Source of the DNA: Candidatus Iainarchaeum sp.
Lineage (GTDB): Archaea; Iainarchaeota; Iainarchaeia; Iainarchaeales; JAXPJC01
DNA length: 64,000 bases
Assembly: GCA_016187745.1 (NCBI GenBank)
Contig: JACPJC010000005.1
Location: 27,220 to 91,219 of the forward strand
Reading direction: 5' to 3'
Of the stretch, positions 26,329 through 35,202 are shown piece by piece. The notes beneath the pieces were generated by a model. It did no database searches. It was not told where the DNA came from and was given only the letters and a program-made list of their open reading frames with translations. Numbering within the stretch: the stretch's first letter is position 1; every line of letters starts with the position of its first letter. The position numbers and the translations under genes are program-made.

Positions 26329-26689
26329 TCAATGCAATCTTTTCAATGATTATTTCAGGATTTCCCTGATACTGCCTTACGCTTCCGACAACCCTCACAA
26401 AATTTCCCTTTTTTGCAATGCGCCTTTCCTCATCGCCTGGATTGAACTTTACTGCGCTGATTTTATTGCCATCATAGAGCTGGAGCATAAGCGCGTTTTT
26501 TGCTGTGTAAGCACTTAGAATTTTCGCATTAATGCCCGCCTTCTGCATTGCCCGCCCCTGCAGTATGCCCGAAATGCTGGTCTCTGTTGGCTTCTGCTGC
26601 TCAAGGGCAAAAACTACCAGCAGCAATCCCAATACGGATGCGATTAAGGCAATTTTTGCAATATTCCCGTCGCTGAGCTCAAAAGCCAT
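26294..26689 (-). CDS. membrane-anchored protein with a C-terminal OB-fold-like domain
   Basis: 131 aa. TM segment IAKIALIASVLGLLLVVFAL, then NFVRVVGSVRQYQGNPEII, an OB-fold (tRNA_anti-like) pattern. Confidence 0.4.
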   Translation of the reverse strand: MAFELSDGNIAKIALIASVLGLLLVVFALEQQKPTETSISGILQGRAMQKAGINAKILSAYTAKNALMLQLYDGNKISAVKFNPGDEERRIAKKGNFVRVVGSVRQYQGNPEIIIEKIALIEQKLEAAEND

Positions 26690-26792
26690 ATGAAATTAGC
26701 GCATGGAAAGGGTTATAAGTATATTCGTCAATCGCCGATAAATATAAAAACCTTTTTAAATAGAATATACCTATAGATTAAGAGGTGAAAAG

Positions 26793-27161
26793 ATGCCAAA
26801 AAGAATACCGAATTACTTTGAGATTCTGATTACGCCAAACCCGCCATTTACAAAAAAGATTCAGGGAATAGGCTTCAGGCCATTTATAGTTGAGAATTCC
26901 ACTAAATTTGATTTGCATACCCTTCCAATAAACCAGCCGGATGGAAGCGTTTTCATCCAGGTATGGGGAACAGAAAGCAGCACCGAGGGCTTTATGCAGT
27001 TTTTAAGAGACAACAAACCGCAGAAAAATGCGGATTACAGGGTTGATTTAATCTCAAAATCATACAGAACGCAGAATCAATTCAAAGTCCTGTATTTCAT
27101 AGACGCCCTGACTCTCGGGCAGATAAAAAGAGGGGTTGACTTTGCCATCAATATGAGATGA
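26793..27161 (+). CDS. acylphosphatase-like domain protein
   Basis: KKIQGIGFRPFIV...NQPDGSVFIQVWG...GFMQFL matches the acylphosphatase pattern (V-x-G-x-V-Q-G-V-x-F-R...N-x-x-D-G-S-V-E). Extra C-terminal ~45 aa. Confidence 0.5.
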   Translation: MPKRIPNYFEILITPNPPFTKKIQGIGFRPFIVENSTKFDLHTLPINQPDGSVFIQVWGTESSTEGFMQFLRDNKPQKNADYRVDLISKSYRTQNQFKVLYFIDALTLGQIKRGVDFAINMR

Positions 27162-27180
27162 TGGCATACCTGATGCAATT

Positions 27181-28308
27181 TCATAGCAGCACCAAATTCC
27201 AGAGAATATCCCCCACAATGCTCAAAACAATGAACGCAATCAATATTGCGGGCACAAATGGAACGCTCATCTTTATGCAGATTTCATCCTTCAGTTTTTT
27301 TTGCCTTACCAGTTTTTTAAGTTCCGCAATCTCCTCTTCGGAAACTCCGCCCGCGCGCCTTGCGCTTGCAATTATTTTCCCCTTTATGCGCATCCTTTCC
27401 GAAAGCGCGCGCATGTTCATTCCTCTGAAATAATCCCACAGCTCCCCGAAGCCGAGCGGCTTCACCCTGATTATTTTCCCGTTTCTGCTTACAATATTTT
27501 CCGCAACAATCATCCCTTCCTCCAGCGCGGTTATTTTCATCCTTTTTCTCATTGCCTCATCCCTTCCGACAACATAGAGTTTCAGCAGCAGATAGATTGC
27601 CGCAACAACCGCAAACAACACCAAAAAATCAAATGCAAGCGCATAAGCATCAAAGAACAGCGCAATTGCAATCAAAACGGCATCAAGAGCCATCCTGATT
27701 AATTTTGGCAGCAATGCCATAACAATCAATGCAATCAGCACCAAATACGCATTCCACTTCAGTTGGATGAATATTGCATTCAGCGCACCGACCGCAATTG
27801 CAAACTCCGCAATATGCAGAAGTCTCCCCTTAATTTCAGGCATAATTATTTTTCTCAATTCCGCATTTTTCCTAATTCCGTTAATGCTCAACGCCAATCC
27901 GTAAGGAAGCATCGCAAGAACGCTGAAAACAAAAAGCGTCAATGGGAAAAGTGGAAGAGCAATTGTTTCCAACAGCGGGGCGCTTATTCCGAGCGCGCTC
28001 CCCAAAAACGCGTAATTAATGGGATTAAGCGCTGCAATTGCAGTGAATAATTTCACATCCCCGCCCGCCCAGACCCCGAAATGATAGAGCGCATATGCAA
28101 AAACAAAAGTCGCAATTACCGCAAAAACCGTCTCATAAAACACCAGCATCTGCGCATTTGCAAGCGCATCCGCAAAATGCAGCGCAATTCCTATTGCAAT
28201 CAGCCCGAAAGTGAGCCTGTTTGCAACAATGCGCTCCCTGAAATCAGTGTAAGTCGCATAGCCCAATCCGAAAACACTCAGCAGGAAATATGCAATTGAA
28301 AAATACAT
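27181..28308 (-). CDS. archaeal type IV prepilin/preflagellin peptidase (A24 family, FlaK/PibD-like)
   Basis: Both catalytic-Asp contexts are present: YTDFRERIV near the N-terminus and GVWAGGDVKLFTAIAA in a later TM segment. 375 aa, polytopic, with a C-terminal soluble domain. Confidence 0.75.
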   Translation of the reverse strand: MYFSIAYFLLSVFGLGYATYTDFRERIVANRLTFGLIAIGIALHFADALANAQMLVFYETVFAVIATFVFAYALYHFGVWAGGDVKLFTAIAALNPINYAFLGSALGISAPLLETIALPLFPLTLFVFSVLAMLPYGLALSINGIRKNAELRKIIMPEIKGRLLHIAEFAIAVGALNAIFIQLKWNAYLVLIALIVMALLPKLIRMALDAVLIAIALFFDAYALAFDFLVLFAVVAAIYLLLKLYVVGRDEAMRKRMKITALEEGMIVAENIVSRNGKIIRVKPLGFGELWDYFRGMNMRALSERMRIKGKIIASARRAGGVSEEEIAELKKLVRQKKLKDEICIKMSVPFVPAILIAFIVLSIVGDILWNLVLL

Positions 28309-28315
28309 TTTTTCA

Positions 28316-28465
28316 CTAGGCCTTTAGGTTTCCCTTCCACTCTTTTGCCATTTCCCTGTGAATTGCCTTTTTGCCCTGCTCAACCAGCCTTTGCTGCTGC
28401 TCCCTCAATTTCACATTGCGCTTCGCTTCGGCAATGAATTCCCTTACCGCTTCCTTTGCATCCAT
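28316..28465 (-). CDS. small helical Lys-rich ORF (49 aa) immediately upstream of the prepilin peptidase gene
   Basis: Hand-translated: MDAKEAVREFIAEAKRNVKLREQQQRLVEQGKKAIHREMAKEWKGNLKA. Its stop lies 5 nt before the peptidase start. Below the track cutoff. Confidence 0.25.
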   Translation of the reverse strand: MDAKEAVREFIAEAKRNVKLREQQQRLVEQGKKAIHREMAKEWKGNLKA

Positions 28466-28472
28466 GTTCTCA

Positions 28473-30377
28473 TTAATTGCTGCTTACAAATATCGGCCTC
28501 TTGCTCAAAAGCCTTGGCAGCGCAATCGGCCTGAAGGGCATTCCCTCAGTGCGCTTCTTGATTTCCTCAATCAGCTGCCCCTTTGACATCTGCTTCTGCT
28601 CATTTGTTTTTCTGATTCTTACATTCAGCGGAGCGCCATTAATTTCTTTATCCCCTATGACAATTATGTGCTGCGCCCAGTCCTTCTCAGCATCCCTTAT
28701 TTTGCGCCCAATGCTTTCCACCCTGTCATCAATATCAACCCTTATATTCTGCTTTTCAATCTCATCAGCAAGCTTGTTTGCAAATTCCAGATGGCTATCA
28801 GAGACTGTTGCAATCCTCACCTGCGTAGGGCTCAGCCAGAGGGGAAGAACAGCCCTTGCGCCCTTCTGCTGCTCCATATAGGCCTTCTCGAGCAGCGCAT
28901 AAATTACCCTCTCAATCGCCCCGCAGGGGGAGAAATGCAATATTAATGGGTTTTTTTGCTGGTTGTTCGCATCAGTAAATTTCAAATCAAAGTTTTTCCC
29001 ATTCTCAATGTCTATCTGGTCAGTATTGAGCGCGGAGGCCTTCTCAAGCGCATCAACAAAATTCCACTCATATTTCATTGCAAAATAGAAGAACTGCCTG
29101 TCCCACATCTCAATAAGCGCGGGCTTCCCCCATTTCTTTACAAGCCCTACCACAAACTCCTTGTTCTGCTCCCAGAATTCCTTCACAACCCTTATTGCGA
29201 ATTCCAGATCATTCGGAATCTCAAACCCTATCCTTTCCTGCATATTGCGCGAAACCTCAAAGCGCCTTGACATCTCATCCTTTGCCTGCTGCATGTCCGC
29301 GCACAGCGCATGGCAGTCCGGCATTGTAAAGGCACGCAATCTCCTAAGTCCTGTAAGCTCGCCGGATTGCTCCACCCTGAAGCTGTATTTTGTCATTTCA
29401 AAAATCTTAAGCGGCAGCTGCTTGTATGAAAAGTTCGCATCATGCAGCATCAGAAATTGCCCGAAACAGGCGCTGAATCTCAGGAAAACATCCTTGTTCG
29501 GGGTTTTGATCGTATACTGCCTTGCGGGAAATCTCTCCAGATATTTTTTAAGCGAGGGATGCGCATAATCATACATTATCGGGCTTTCAATTTCAACTGC
29601 GCCATATTTGTGCATCTCATCAGAAACGAACTCCTCAAGGAGCTTTTTTACCAGTTTCCCATTAGGTGGATAGCGCATGTTCCCCGGGTCCGAACCGCTT
29701 TCATAATCCGCAATCTCAAGCTGCTTCATCATTTTAACATGCGGCGGCTCCTCCTTCGCAACCCTTACCTTCGCCATCTCATAGCTAGCAAGCTTCTCAA
29801 GGCCCTTATAATTCCCGAAATTGAATCCCGCGACTTTCCCATTCTCATTCCTTATTTCATTCAATTTCCCGTTAGGCTCGAGCACAAACCAGCCTGATTT
29901 AAGAGTTTTTTCAGCCTTTACTGCGGTTGATTCAGCCTCTTTTTTTGTTTCAGCAGTTATCTGCCTGCTCAATTCGCTTAATGGATGCCCCTTGCATGCA
30001 ATCTCAAATGCCTTGTAATAGCCGAAGGGGCTTTTTACAACCTTGTATTTCTCTTTTGCAAGCGCCTGCTCCGCAAGAGCCATTATTTTTACAGCGGTTT
30101 CAGGCCTGCTGGGCTTTTTCCCGAAAAGCAGATGCACATAGGGATACAGGACAATATTTTTCTCCTTAAGGCTCTGCGCAACGCCTGCAATTTCCTTCGC
30201 GAGGTTTTCCGCAGTTCCCTCGGGATTCGCATCGTCCTCCTCAGCAAAGCTCATAAAGCAGACAAGGCATTCCTTCAGCTTCGCGCTCTTCTCCTTGGGG
30301 GCCAGAGGCTCAGCAAACTTGGTTTTCTCCCCCGCCTTGTAATTCAGCTTGTCAGAGTGTATGAATAGCACGTTCAT
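28473..30377 (-). CDS. thrS: threonyl-tRNA synthetase (archaeal type with N-terminal editing domain)
   Basis: About 635 aa. N-terminal archaeal-type editing domain, class II catalytic core, C-terminal anticodon-binding domain. Start at MNVLFIHSD. Confidence 0.85.
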   Translation of the reverse strand: MNVLFIHSDKLNYKAGEKTKFAEPLAPKEKSAKLKECLVCFMSFAEEDDANPEGTAENLAKEIAGVAQSLKEKNIVLYPYVHLLFGKKPSRPETAVKIMALAEQALAKEKYKVVKSPFGYYKAFEIACKGHPLSELSRQITAETKKEAESTAVKAEKTLKSGWFVLEPNGKLNEIRNENGKVAGFNFGNYKGLEKLASYEMAKVRVAKEEPPHVKMMKQLEIADYESGSDPGNMRYPPNGKLVKKLLEEFVSDEMHKYGAVEIESPIMYDYAHPSLKKYLERFPARQYTIKTPNKDVFLRFSACFGQFLMLHDANFSYKQLPLKIFEMTKYSFRVEQSGELTGLRRLRAFTMPDCHALCADMQQAKDEMSRRFEVSRNMQERIGFEIPNDLEFAIRVVKEFWEQNKEFVVGLVKKWGKPALIEMWDRQFFYFAMKYEWNFVDALEKASALNTDQIDIENGKNFDLKFTDANNQQKNPLILHFSPCGAIERVIYALLEKAYMEQQKGARAVLPLWLSPTQVRIATVSDSHLEFANKLADEIEKQNIRVDIDDRVESIGRKIRDAEKDWAQHIIVIGDKEINGAPLNVRIRKTNEQKQMSKGQLIEEIKKRTEGMPFRPIALPRLLSKRPIFVSSN

Positions 30378-30424
30378 TCCGCAGCACCACAAATATGATA
30401 AAGCCAAATATTTAATATATTATC

Positions 30425-31666
30425 ATGAGTACTTCCCCAAGCGCCGAGCTTTGCGTCAGGTGCAAAGGGCGCCTTTACTGCGGCATGCACTATTGTCCAA
30501 TCCTTGAGCGCTATAAGAGCGCCAGGAGGATTACTTCTGAAATAAAGGGCACTGAATTCTCAGGGAATTCCCCCCCGGGCGTTTTTGTTTCATGGAATGA
30601 TTATCCTAACATTTCCTTCGCGCCCATGTCTCCCCCGAAGGTAATGGAAAACGCGGATTTGCTTGACAATCCCGAGAAATGGTATGGCATTGCGCAGGAG
30701 GAAATTATTGCCTTCAGGGAAATACTCATAAGGGGCACAAAGAAATTCAATGCGCTTTCAGCCTCAAATCCCTCCTATGAGCTTTCCGAAATGCAGGAGA
30801 TGCTGATGGCCTCAAAGCCCACGGAAGTTGAAATAAAGCTGAAATATGCCCCGAAAATTGAACTGGAATTTGACGCAAGCGCCGCGCCCTCAGGCCCAGC
30901 TGCCCCGCTTGAAAAATTCACACTTGCAGAGAACCCGAAAATCCCCAAGGACATTGATTATGCTGTAAGCGATTTTGACCTGAAGGCAAACTCCGCGCTG
31001 CAGGAACTTTATAAAAAGGAAGTTCCCGTCCATGTGCTCTACAAGCTGCTGAGCGCAGGCCTGCTCGGGGTGCAAAAGAACAGAAAATTAACTCCCACCA
31101 GGTGGTCCATTACTGCAACCGATTCAAATTTATCCAATGCGATGATTTCGCGCATAAAGGAATTTTCAAAAATTGACTCTTACTTGCTTTTCAATTCAAA
31201 TTATTTGGATAATAATTTCTATGTCCTGCTGTTGCCAAGCGAATGGCAGTTCGAGCAGCTTGAGGCATGGCAGCCCGGAAGCCCCTGGGCGGGAAATGCT
31301 GAAAACGCGTTCATTATTTCGGATTATGAATTTTACAAAGGCAGGACAACATACGCTGACAATGTAACAGGCGCTTATTACTCCGCAAGGCTTGCAGTCT
31401 GCGAATATCTGACGCAGCAAAAGAAGCAGGCAGGCGCAATAATTTTCCGGGAGATAGGGCCAGATTACAGGGTTCCGCTAGGGGTATGGCAGATAAGGGA
31501 AAATGTAAGATATGCGCTGAAGCAGAAGCCGCTTAATTTCTACTCCCTTGATTTGGCGCTGCATTACATTGACTCAAAGTTCAGGATTCCGATGAAATTC
31601 TGGAAAAGCAAATCAGCGCTCCTTGACGCGCACCTCAGGCAGAGAAGGATGCATGAGTGGTTCTAA
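30425..31666 (+). CDS. NreA-like DNA-repair protein (DUF650/DUF651 family)
   Basis: 413 aa. N-terminal zinc-ribbon-like LCVRCKGRLYCGMHYCP, as recalled for archaeal NreA. Family assignment is from memory of the architecture. Confidence 0.45.
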   Translation: MSTSPSAELCVRCKGRLYCGMHYCPILERYKSARRITSEIKGTEFSGNSPPGVFVSWNDYPNISFAPMSPPKVMENADLLDNPEKWYGIAQEEIIAFREILIRGTKKFNALSASNPSYELSEMQEMLMASKPTEVEIKLKYAPKIELEFDASAAPSGPAAPLEKFTLAENPKIPKDIDYAVSDFDLKANSALQELYKKEVPVHVLYKLLSAGLLGVQKNRKLTPTRWSITATDSNLSNAMISRIKEFSKIDSYLLFNSNYLDNNFYVLLLPSEWQFEQLEAWQPGSPWAGNAENAFIISDYEFYKGRTTYADNVTGAYYSARLAVCEYLTQQKKQAGAIIFREIGPDYRVPLGVWQIRENVRYALKQKPLNFYSLDLALHYIDSKFRIPMKFWKSKSALLDAHLRQRRMHEWF

Positions 31667-31680
31667 CATTTTCTCTTAAT

Positions 31681-32649
31681 TCATTTCCCCGCATACTTCA
31701 TGAACTGCGCGAGCAGCGCTTCCAGCTGTATCCTTTCATTTGCGCCCTCAACAATCCTGAAATTGTACTCGCCAATAATGTCAATCAGCTCAATCTTCGT
31801 TTTGCTGTCAATCTCGGTTTCAGGCATGTCAATCAGCTCCCTGTACAACTGCACAATAATGTCCTCCCCGCTCATCCCGTGCTCATAAAGCAGCGCATCA
31901 AGCTTCTGCCGCGCCTCCAGAAATTCATGTTTTAGAATGAGCTTTATCATTTCCTGGATTTCAACAGGCTTTGCGCGCGATGCGACATTGTATATTGTGT
32001 CCTCATCAATTTTTTTGCCCAGGGAAGCTCCGGCCTGCAGTATGTTAACAGCTTTCCTCAAATCCCCCTCGCTCACGTAAATCATCGCCTTTACCGCCTT
32101 TTCATCCATCTGCAATGATTCCTTCCCCGCAATATCCTGCAGCTTCTCCTCTATGTGCCTTGAACTCAATGGCTTGAAGCGGAACAAAACGCATCTGCTC
32201 TGCAATGGCTCAATAATGCGCGAAGAGTAATTGCATGAAAGGACAAACCTGCAGGTCTTTGTATAGCGCTCCATTGTCCTTCTCAGGGCCTGCTGCGCAT
32301 CCGCTGTTAATGCATCAGACTCATCCAGAAAAATTATCTTGAATTCTGTATTGAAAGCAAGGGTGCGCGCAAAATCCTTTATTGTAGAGCGCACAACATC
32401 TATTCCCCTCTCATCCGATGCATTCAATTCCAGGAAATTCCTCCCGGTTTCATTCCCATACAATTCCCTTGAAAGGGCAACCGCCGCGCTTGTCTTTCCG
32501 GTTCCCGCAGGCCCTGAAAACATCAGATTCGGCATGTTCCTGTTTCTCACATATGCCTCCAGGCGCTTAACTATCTCATCGTGCCCTATTATGTCATTGA
32601 GCCTCTGCGGCCTGTATTTTTCCACCCATGGAAGATTGTCAGCAATCAT
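31681..32649 (-). CDS. rfcS: replication factor C small subunit
   Basis: LPWVEKYRPQRLNDIIGH, Walker A FSGPAGTGKTSAA, DEAD-like IIFLDESDALT and SRC-type motifs. 322 aa. Confidence 0.85.
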   Translation of the reverse strand: MIADNLPWVEKYRPQRLNDIIGHDEIVKRLEAYVRNRNMPNLMFSGPAGTGKTSAAVALSRELYGNETGRNFLELNASDERGIDVVRSTIKDFARTLAFNTEFKIIFLDESDALTADAQQALRRTMERYTKTCRFVLSCNYSSRIIEPLQSRCVLFRFKPLSSRHIEEKLQDIAGKESLQMDEKAVKAMIYVSEGDLRKAVNILQAGASLGKKIDEDTIYNVASRAKPVEIQEMIKLILKHEFLEARQKLDALLYEHGMSGEDIIVQLYRELIDMPETEIDSKTKIELIDIIGEYNFRIVEGANERIQLEALLAQFMKYAGK

Positions 32650-32710
32650 GAAGCATCAAAATAATTAGCGTAGGGAACACTTTTAAAGTGTTTGCAGAAC
32701 TATTTGTAAT

Positions 32711-33130
32711 ATGAATTTCAACTATGCCGCAAAGTTGATAGTACTCTTCATTTTCTTCTATGCTGTCCTTTTTGCCGTTTCAAATCTCATCAATCTCGGG
32801 CTGACCGCCTGGTCAAACAACCCGATGTTCTGGCTCATGCCCTTTGTGGGCTTCTTTTTCGTGTTCATTGCGATTGACTACATTGACAGGTATCTTGGAA
32901 TAAAATTCGCAAACACGGTTTTCTTCCCGCTTGCCTTCATAATTGCGTGCTTCATCTCCTACTGGGTAGCGCTTTACATATATTTCGGCAATACCGCCCA
33001 GCTTTCAGGGCAGACGGCAGTTGTGTTTGACTTCTGGGAGAAGCTCAGGGCGAGCGCCTTTTTGCTGTTTGTTTTCTCGGGGCTTTTCGGCTGGCTCTCA
33101 AAAATCGCAATGGACAGAATAGGCAAATAA
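32711..33130 (+). CDS. hypothetical integral membrane protein (4 TM)
   Basis: 139 aa, strongly hydrophobic. Confidence 0.4.
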   Translation: MNFNYAAKLIVLFIFFYAVLFAVSNLINLGLTAWSNNPMFWLMPFVGFFFVFIAIDYIDRYLGIKFANTVFFPLAFIIACFISYWVALYIYFGNTAQLSGQTAVVFDFWEKLRASAFLLFVFSGLFGWLSKIAMDRIGK

Positions 33131-33179
33131 TGCATCAGAAACTGCGTTTCCCCAGGCTTCCTCATTTTCAGGAGAAATT

Positions 33180-34433
33180 ATGCCAAATTCAAAAACATTT
33201 TACCTTGAAACTTACGGCTGCGCGTTCAACAAGTCAGATTCTGAAATATTGTCGGGGTTCCTGAAGCAGCACAAGTTTTCCCCCGCTCCGCCGGAAAAGG
33301 CGCGCTATATAATAATAAATTCCTGCGCGGTAAAGGAGCCCACGGAAAAGAGAATGCTCTGGCGCATCGGGGAGCTGCAAAAAACTGCGGAAAAAAGCGG
33401 GGCGGAGCTGATTGTTTACGGCTGCCTGCCGAAAATAAATTCAAAAGCAATATCTGAAATTTCCGGAGAAATAACCCAAATCGGGCCGGATTTGGGGGAG
33501 CTTGCGGATTATTTGCACCTGCATCCCGCGCAGAATGAGCTGGAAATCCCGGAAGAGCGCGCAAACAGATTCATTTCCATAATTCCAATATGCAAAGGTT
33601 GCTTACAAAACTGCGCATACTGCTGCACCAAATTCGCCCGCGGGAAACTCAAAAGCCAGGGCATTGAAGCGATAAACAAGCGATTCCAAAGGGCAATTAA
33701 AAAAACAAGCGAAATCTGGCTAACCGCGCAGGATTGCGCGGCATATGGCGCGGACATAAAAACAGGCCTTGCTGAATTATTGGGGGCTTTATTGCAGAAC
33801 AGGGGCAATTACAGGATAAGGATTGGGATGATGAACCCCCAGCATCTCCTGAAAATATATGGTGAATTTGCGGAAGTGTTTGATTCCCCGCGCATATACA
33901 AATTTTTGCATGTTCCGCTGCAATCCGGCTCCGACCGCATACTGAAGCTGATGGGAAGGGGCTACCGCGCAGATGATTTTTTGGGCTTGGCAAAAAAACT
34001 GAAAAAGGAATTCCCGGAACTTTCGCTCAGCACAGACATTATTGTGGGTTTCCCCTCGGAAACTGAAAGCGATTTCAGAAAGACAATTGAAACAATTGAA
34101 AAAATAAGGCCTGACATTGTGAATATTTCAAAATTCGGCGCAAGGCCGGGAACAAGGGCAAAGGAAATGGAACTGCAAGTTGATGGCGCAATAATAAACA
34201 GGCGCTCCGCGCTGCTGAGCAGAATATGCAGGGAAATCGGGCTTGAAACTAACAGGGAAATGATTGGAAAAAAAGCCCGGGTACTGGTTTCAGGGAAGGG
34301 CTCAAAATCCGGCTTTATTGGAAGGGCTGAAAACTACAAGCCGGTACTGCTGCGCAAAAACCTTCTCGGGAAGTTTGCCAATGTGAAAATAACCGGCGCA
34401 AGGCAGAATTACCTTGAATGCAAACTGATTTAA
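33180..34433 (+). CDS. MiaB-like radical-SAM methylthiotransferase, archaeal e-MtaB/CDKAL1 type (tRNA ms2t6A)
   Basis: UPF0004 N-domain (YLETYGCAFNKSDSE). Radical SAM CKGCLQNCAYCCTKFARG. C-terminal TRAM-like domain. 417 aa. Confidence 0.8.
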   Translation: MPNSKTFYLETYGCAFNKSDSEILSGFLKQHKFSPAPPEKARYIIINSCAVKEPTEKRMLWRIGELQKTAEKSGAELIVYGCLPKINSKAISEISGEITQIGPDLGELADYLHLHPAQNELEIPEERANRFISIIPICKGCLQNCAYCCTKFARGKLKSQGIEAINKRFQRAIKKTSEIWLTAQDCAAYGADIKTGLAELLGALLQNRGNYRIRIGMMNPQHLLKIYGEFAEVFDSPRIYKFLHVPLQSGSDRILKLMGRGYRADDFLGLAKKLKKEFPELSLSTDIIVGFPSETESDFRKTIETIEKIRPDIVNISKFGARPGTRAKEMELQVDGAIINRRSALLSRICREIGLETNREMIGKKARVLVSGKGSKSGFIGRAENYKPVLLRKNLLGKFANVKITGARQNYLECKLI

Positions 34434-35197
34434 ATTCCTTTCTTTCCAAGATTATAGCAAGGGGTGCATTTATGGATTTGCTTACCGTTGCAGAGGAATA
34501 CATTTCAAACTACAGGATTGCGCTTGGCTTCGGCATACTTCTCGTTTTCGTAATCTTTTTCGCGCAGTTCTCCGGCCTGTACATAAGCTCAGGCTCAATC
34601 TTCATGGAATACAACCTCATGCAGCAGAATGTTTTCACAATTCTCCCGCAGATTGGCGCAATTCTGGTATACCTTGCAATGTTCTCAACCTTTGTTACCC
34701 TCCTTGTTTTTGCAGTGAAGAACGACCTGAACGTTACGAAGCGCCTTTATTACTTCACTGAGAAAATGCAGAAGTTCGGCGCAAGGGTCTTTGTTTTCTA
34801 CGCAATAATGATTGCGGCGCTTTCCATTCTGGGCGCGCTTCTGATAGCGGGCGGGGCAAGCACCATTGTTACTGCACTAATACTGCTTGTTATTTCACTC
34901 CCCTTCATTTTTGTCGTGCAGGCGCTCATAGTGGAGGAATGCTCGCTCCGCAATGCAATACTCTATAATTTTGAATTCATCTCCGAAAACATTGACACAA
35001 CAATCTATGTTATTGTGATTTCCGCAGCGCTTCTCGCAGGCCTGCAAATTGCGGAATTCTATCTCGACTCCTTTGCCCTCTCCGGAAAATTCGTCTCGCT
35101 GCTCATAATGCTGGTCCTTATAGTGCCGCTGGTTGAAATCCTGAAAACAGCCGCATACATAGTGCAGAAATTCACGCTTGTAAGAAGAGTTGTATGA
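34418..35197 (+). CDS. hypothetical polytopic membrane protein
   Basis: 259 aa, 6-7 TM helices. The start could alternatively be the Met at 34472. Confidence 0.45.
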   Translation: MQTDLNSFLSKIIARGAFMDLLTVAEEYISNYRIALGFGILLVFVIFFAQFSGLYISSGSIFMEYNLMQQNVFTILPQIGAILVYLAMFSTFVTLLVFAVKNDLNVTKRLYYFTEKMQKFGARVFVFYAIMIAALSILGALLIAGGASTIVTALILLVISLPFIFVVQALIVEECSLRNAILYNFEFISENIDTTIYVIVISAALLAGLQIAEFYLDSFALSGKFVSLLIMLVLIVPLVEILKTAAYIVQKFTLVRRVV

Positions 35198-35202
35198 CCC
35201 TA

